64,000 nt of DNA, taken from the NCBI GenBank assembly GCA_963777505.1, contig CAVZQN010000004.1:1376001-1440000 (forward strand). The letters run 5' to 3'. The notes beneath the pieces are model-generated. The model was not told where the DNA came from. It worked only from the letters and a program-made list of their open reading frames with translations, and ran no database searches. A program made the position numbers and the translations under genes. Position 1 is the stretch's first letter; the number at the start of each line of letters is the position of its first letter. Shown here in pieces: positions 61,198 to 64,000 of this stretch. Origin of the DNA: an uncultured bacterium. GTDB taxonomy: Bacteria; Acidobacteriota; HRBIN11; JAKEFK01.

Positions 61198-61494
61198 ATG
61201 GAAAAACATGCTTTGAGTGAACCTGATCGAGAGGTGTGCGGATTTGTTTACCAGGATTTTTACCATCCATTACGCAACCTGGCATCCGGCCACAGCTCTT
61301 TTTATGCTGATCCGGCTGACATAGCTATGGCTCTGGTCCGATATGGGGAGCCTGCAGCCATCTTTCATACCCACCCTTGCGGTATCGATTCGCCATCGGA
61401 AACGGACCGCAGATTGTCGTACTATAATAATAGTACTACAATAATTGGAACCTTGAAGGGGGGAAGATTATTCGTCAAGGAATACAATCACTAA
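61198..61494 (+). CDS. Short JAB/MPN (Mov34) metalloprotease-like protein
   Basis: REVCGF and JAMM motif HTHPCGIDSPSETD; start uncertain (TTG 61132 or ATG 61198). Confidence 0.8.
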   Translation: MEKHALSEPDREVCGFVYQDFYHPLRNLASGHSSFYADPADIAMALVRYGEPAAIFHTHPCGIDSPSETDRRLSYYNNSTTIIGTLKGGRLFVKEYNH

Positions 61495-61502
61495 TCGTTT
61501 CT

Positions 61503-63011
61503 TTGATTCTACTCTCCGCAGCTTGTTCAGGTACAAGATCGTCATACCAGAAAGACACACTCGCTGTTGCCATCGATCAAACCCCGGTTAATCTTGATCC
61601 GAGAATTGGAATCGACAAATCCTCTGTCGATTTTCATCATCTGTTGTACAACGGATTGATGAAGAAAAACGAAAATGATCGCATGGTGCCTGATCTCGTT
61701 CGTGATGTCCAAATCGTCAATTCGAAGTTGTACAGGTTTTATCTGAAGCCTGGTATTCGCTTTCATAACGGTAATCAATTGCGGCCTGAAGATGTAGTTT
61801 TTACTTATAAGAGCATCTTGTCCGGCAAAGTTGTGTCAGCCAAAAGAGCATCGCTTGCAAGCATCGCTGATATCCGGGTGGTTGCCCGGGATGCAGTTGA
61901 AGTCAGATTACATGAACCATTCAATGGTTTGCTTTATAACATGAATATCGGGATCGTACCCGACGGATCAACTGCTGATTTTGCGCGAGATCCAATCGGG
62001 ACGGGCCCTTATCGAATTGTTTCTTATCAGCCTGACAGCGGGGCAGTGCTCCAATCATTTGAAGGCTATTTTGAAGGTAAACCGCGAATCCAAAATCTAA
62101 GGATACGAATTATTCCAGATGCAACAACCAGAGCGCTAGAGATTCGCAAAGGCACTATCGATTTACTTTTAGGGCCGGCTGCTGTTCCTCCAGATTATTT
62201 TCGGATTTTGCAGAACAATCCTGCATTAAAAACGATGACAAGAACGGGAAGTAATTACTTTTACGTTGCATTCAATTTGACAGATCCGTTATTAAGAAAA
62301 AGGGACGTTCGTTTGGCAATCGCTCATGCGGTCCGCAGAGATGAAATCATCAAAAATTTATTTCATGGAACGGCAACTCTCGCGACAGGATTACTTCCGC
62401 CTCACAATTGGGCTTATGAAAAGAATGTGCTGAACGTTTCGCATGATACTGATAGCGCAAAACAATTGTTAGATAGTGCCGGATTGATCGATCCTGATGG
62501 CTCTGGTCCTCAGATGCGTTTCTGGCTTACTTTGAAAACGAGTACAAGCGAATTTCGTCGTATCGTTGCTACTGTTATTCAAAAAAATCTTGCTTCTATT
62601 GGAGTGGGATTGAACATCCGTTCGTATGAATTCGGAACATACTTTTCGGATGTGAACCGGGGAAATTTTCAAATGTGCATGTTGATGTGGATTGGCGAAA
62701 GCGATCCTGACATTTATAGCACTGCTTTTTCTACGAAAGGCCCACGAAATCGTGGCAAGTATAGCAGCTTAGAAGTGGACGAATGGATCGAAATGGCAAG
62801 ACAAGCCCAATCAGAAAAAGAACAAATCCATTTGTATTCCTTAATTCAAAAAAGGATTGCTGAAGATGCGCCATACATCTCACTCTGGTATGAACCAAAC
62901 TTATGCATCATGCGGAGGGAACTACGTGGAATGGAGCTCACTCCGGATTCGGATTTCCGTGCGCTAAAAGATGTCTATTGGGGAAACGGAAGTAGAGAGA
63001 ATAGAGAATAG
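61503..63011 (+). CDS. Peptide/nickel ABC transporter substrate-binding lipoprotein (family 5)
   Basis: LDPR, FHNG..DVVFT, PIGTGPY and VRLAIAHAV motifs; lipobox LSAAC; true start probably further upstream. Confidence 0.9.
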   Translation: MILLSAACSGTRSSYQKDTLAVAIDQTPVNLDPRIGIDKSSVDFHHLLYNGLMKKNENDRMVPDLVRDVQIVNSKLYRFYLKPGIRFHNGNQLRPEDVVFTYKSILSGKVVSAKRASLASIADIRVVARDAVEVRLHEPFNGLLYNMNIGIVPDGSTADFARDPIGTGPYRIVSYQPDSGAVLQSFEGYFEGKPRIQNLRIRIIPDATTRALEIRKGTIDLLLGPAAVPPDYFRILQNNPALKTMTRTGSNYFYVAFNLTDPLLRKRDVRLAIAHAVRRDEIIKNLFHGTATLATGLLPPHNWAYEKNVLNVSHDTDSAKQLLDSAGLIDPDGSGPQMRFWLTLKTSTSEFRRIVATVIQKNLASIGVGLNIRSYEFGTYFSDVNRGNFQMCMLMWIGESDPDIYSTAFSTKGPRNRGKYSSLEVDEWIEMARQAQSEKEQIHLYSLIQKRIAEDAPYISLWYEPNLCIMRRELRGMELTPDSDFRALKDVYWGNGSRENRE

Positions 63012-63062
63012 AAGATAGAAGATGGAAGGAGGCTATCTTCTATCCTCCATTCTCTATCTTGT
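62993..63062. repeat. agaatag/agaagat heptamer-repeat palindrome between convergent genes
   Basis: agagaatagagaatagaagatagaagatgg ... ctatcttctatcctccattctctatctt; a related half copy lies at 55231-55265. Confidence 0.7.
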
Positions 63063-63065
63063 CTT

Positions 63066-64000
63066 CTAAATAATGGTTTCGCAGAAAGCTTGAACGCTTT
63101 CGGCTTTGGATAGGCGTTCCATCAAAACATCGAGGGCATCTTTAGGTTGTAAATTCGAAAGATGGCGTCGGAGTTTATGGGATGCATTGAGCCATACGGG
63201 GGGAAGAATTTTTTCTTCTTTACGTGTGCCTGACTGTGAAAGATCAACTGCAGGAAACACGCGGCCATCGGCCAATTTTCTATCTAAAACAAGTTCCATA
63301 TTTCCAGTACCTTTAAATTCCTGGAAGATAACTTCGTCCATGCGGCTGCCGGTGTCAATCAAAGCTGTTGCTACGATTGTGAGACTACCGCCTCCTTCAA
63401 GGTTGCGAGCAGAACCGAAGAATCGGCGAGGAAATTCAAGAGCGCGGCTGCCAACGCCACCACTGAGCGTTTTTCCGCGGTTTGTTTCTTCGCGATTGGA
63501 TGCTCGACCGAGACGTGTAATCGAATCAAGCAACAAAAATACATCACGTCCGCTTTCAGCCATGCTGCGTGCAAGATCGAGAGTCAATCGTGCTGTGCGT
63601 AAATGCGTAACAGCATCCTGATCGGAAGAAGATGCGATGACTGCGCCTCGAACACTTCTTTTGAAGTGTGTTACTTCTTCGGGGCGTTCATCGACCAGAA
63701 GGGCAATAAGATATGTTTCCGGATGATGTGTTGCGACAGCACTTGCAAGATCGTGAAGCAAAGTTGTTTTGCCTGTGCGAGGTGGTGCAACAATCAATGC
63801 GCGCTGGCCTTTGCCTATAGGTGTCATTAATTCTAACAATCTTAACGATCGTTCCGATTGCGGATCTGCCGCAGGAGTCAAAATGAATCGTTCAGTTGGA
63901 TCGATGCTTATCTGCCGCTCAAAAGAGTTCTCGGATGTAAATGAATCTACAGCAACATTATTAATGTCAAGAATTTTTGTAACGGCTGGAGATTGTCCGC
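63066..64000 (-). CDS. rho: Transcription termination factor Rho homologue, 5' end beyond the window
   Basis: PIGKGQRALIVAPPRTGKT, LVDERPEEVT, LDSITRL, EFKGTGNME and SGTRKEE. The frame stays open from 63881 to the window edge. Confidence 0.92.
   Translation of the reverse strand, partial: GQSPAVTKILDINNVAVDSFTSENSFERQISIDPTERFILTPAADPQSERSLRLLELMTPIGKGQRALIVAPPRTGKTTLLHDLASAVATHHPETYLIALLVDERPEEVTHFKRSVRGAVIASSSDQDAVTHLRTARLTLDLARSMAESGRDVFLLLDSITRLGRASNREETNRGKTLSGGVGSRALEFPRRFFGSARNLEGGGSLTIVATALIDTGSRMDEVIFQEFKGTGNMELVLDRKLADGRVFPAVDLSQSGTRKEEKILPPVWLNASHKLRRHLSNLQPKDALDVLMERLSKAESVQAFCETII

Noticed and set aside
394-63830. Many 60-170 aa ORFs antisense to or overlapping recognised genes (e.g. 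1000-1311, 15625-16128, 43011-43478, 43475-43741, 63106-63621)
   Set aside because: No recognisable motifs or RBS; explained as shadow frames of real genes or of regulatory DNA.

Overview
A 64 kb, gene-dense bacterial chromosomal segment, moderately AT-rich by eye, possibly Acidobacteriota-like (taxon not certain). It has no rRNA, tRNA, CRISPR array, transposase or integrase. Housekeeping genes: rsmB, mrfA/mrfB-like repair pair, rlmN, guaB, secA, tgt-yajC-secD-secF, folD, coaE and a Rho homologue cut by the window edge. Accessory blocks: (i) a near-complete group 1h (high-affinity, atmospheric H2) [NiFe]-hydrogenase operon with its own two-component system, lying between mrfA and mrfB and lacking hypB; (ii) two otherwise unrelated secreted proteins (an M12 metallopeptidase and an Ig-repeat adhesin) sharing a ~170-aa C-terminal domain; (iii) the best candidate for an undescribed system, a tightly coupled operon at 49627-55227. 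That operon encodes a zinc-ribbon membrane protein, an RRE-like radical SAM/SPASM enzyme, a catalytically dead paralogue, a membrane protein ending in a Gly/Ser linker plus CACACAGCACACACAGGGR, and a methyltransferase; an SPFH/zinc-ribbon module lies on the other side of secA. At least six genes are broken by single-base +1 insertions in short base runs, most likely long-read consensus errors. One hides the signal peptide of the Cys-Ala-tail protein, and a probable seventh creates a false gene fusion. Several REP-like and 7-8-mer palindromic repeat families sit at gene ends.
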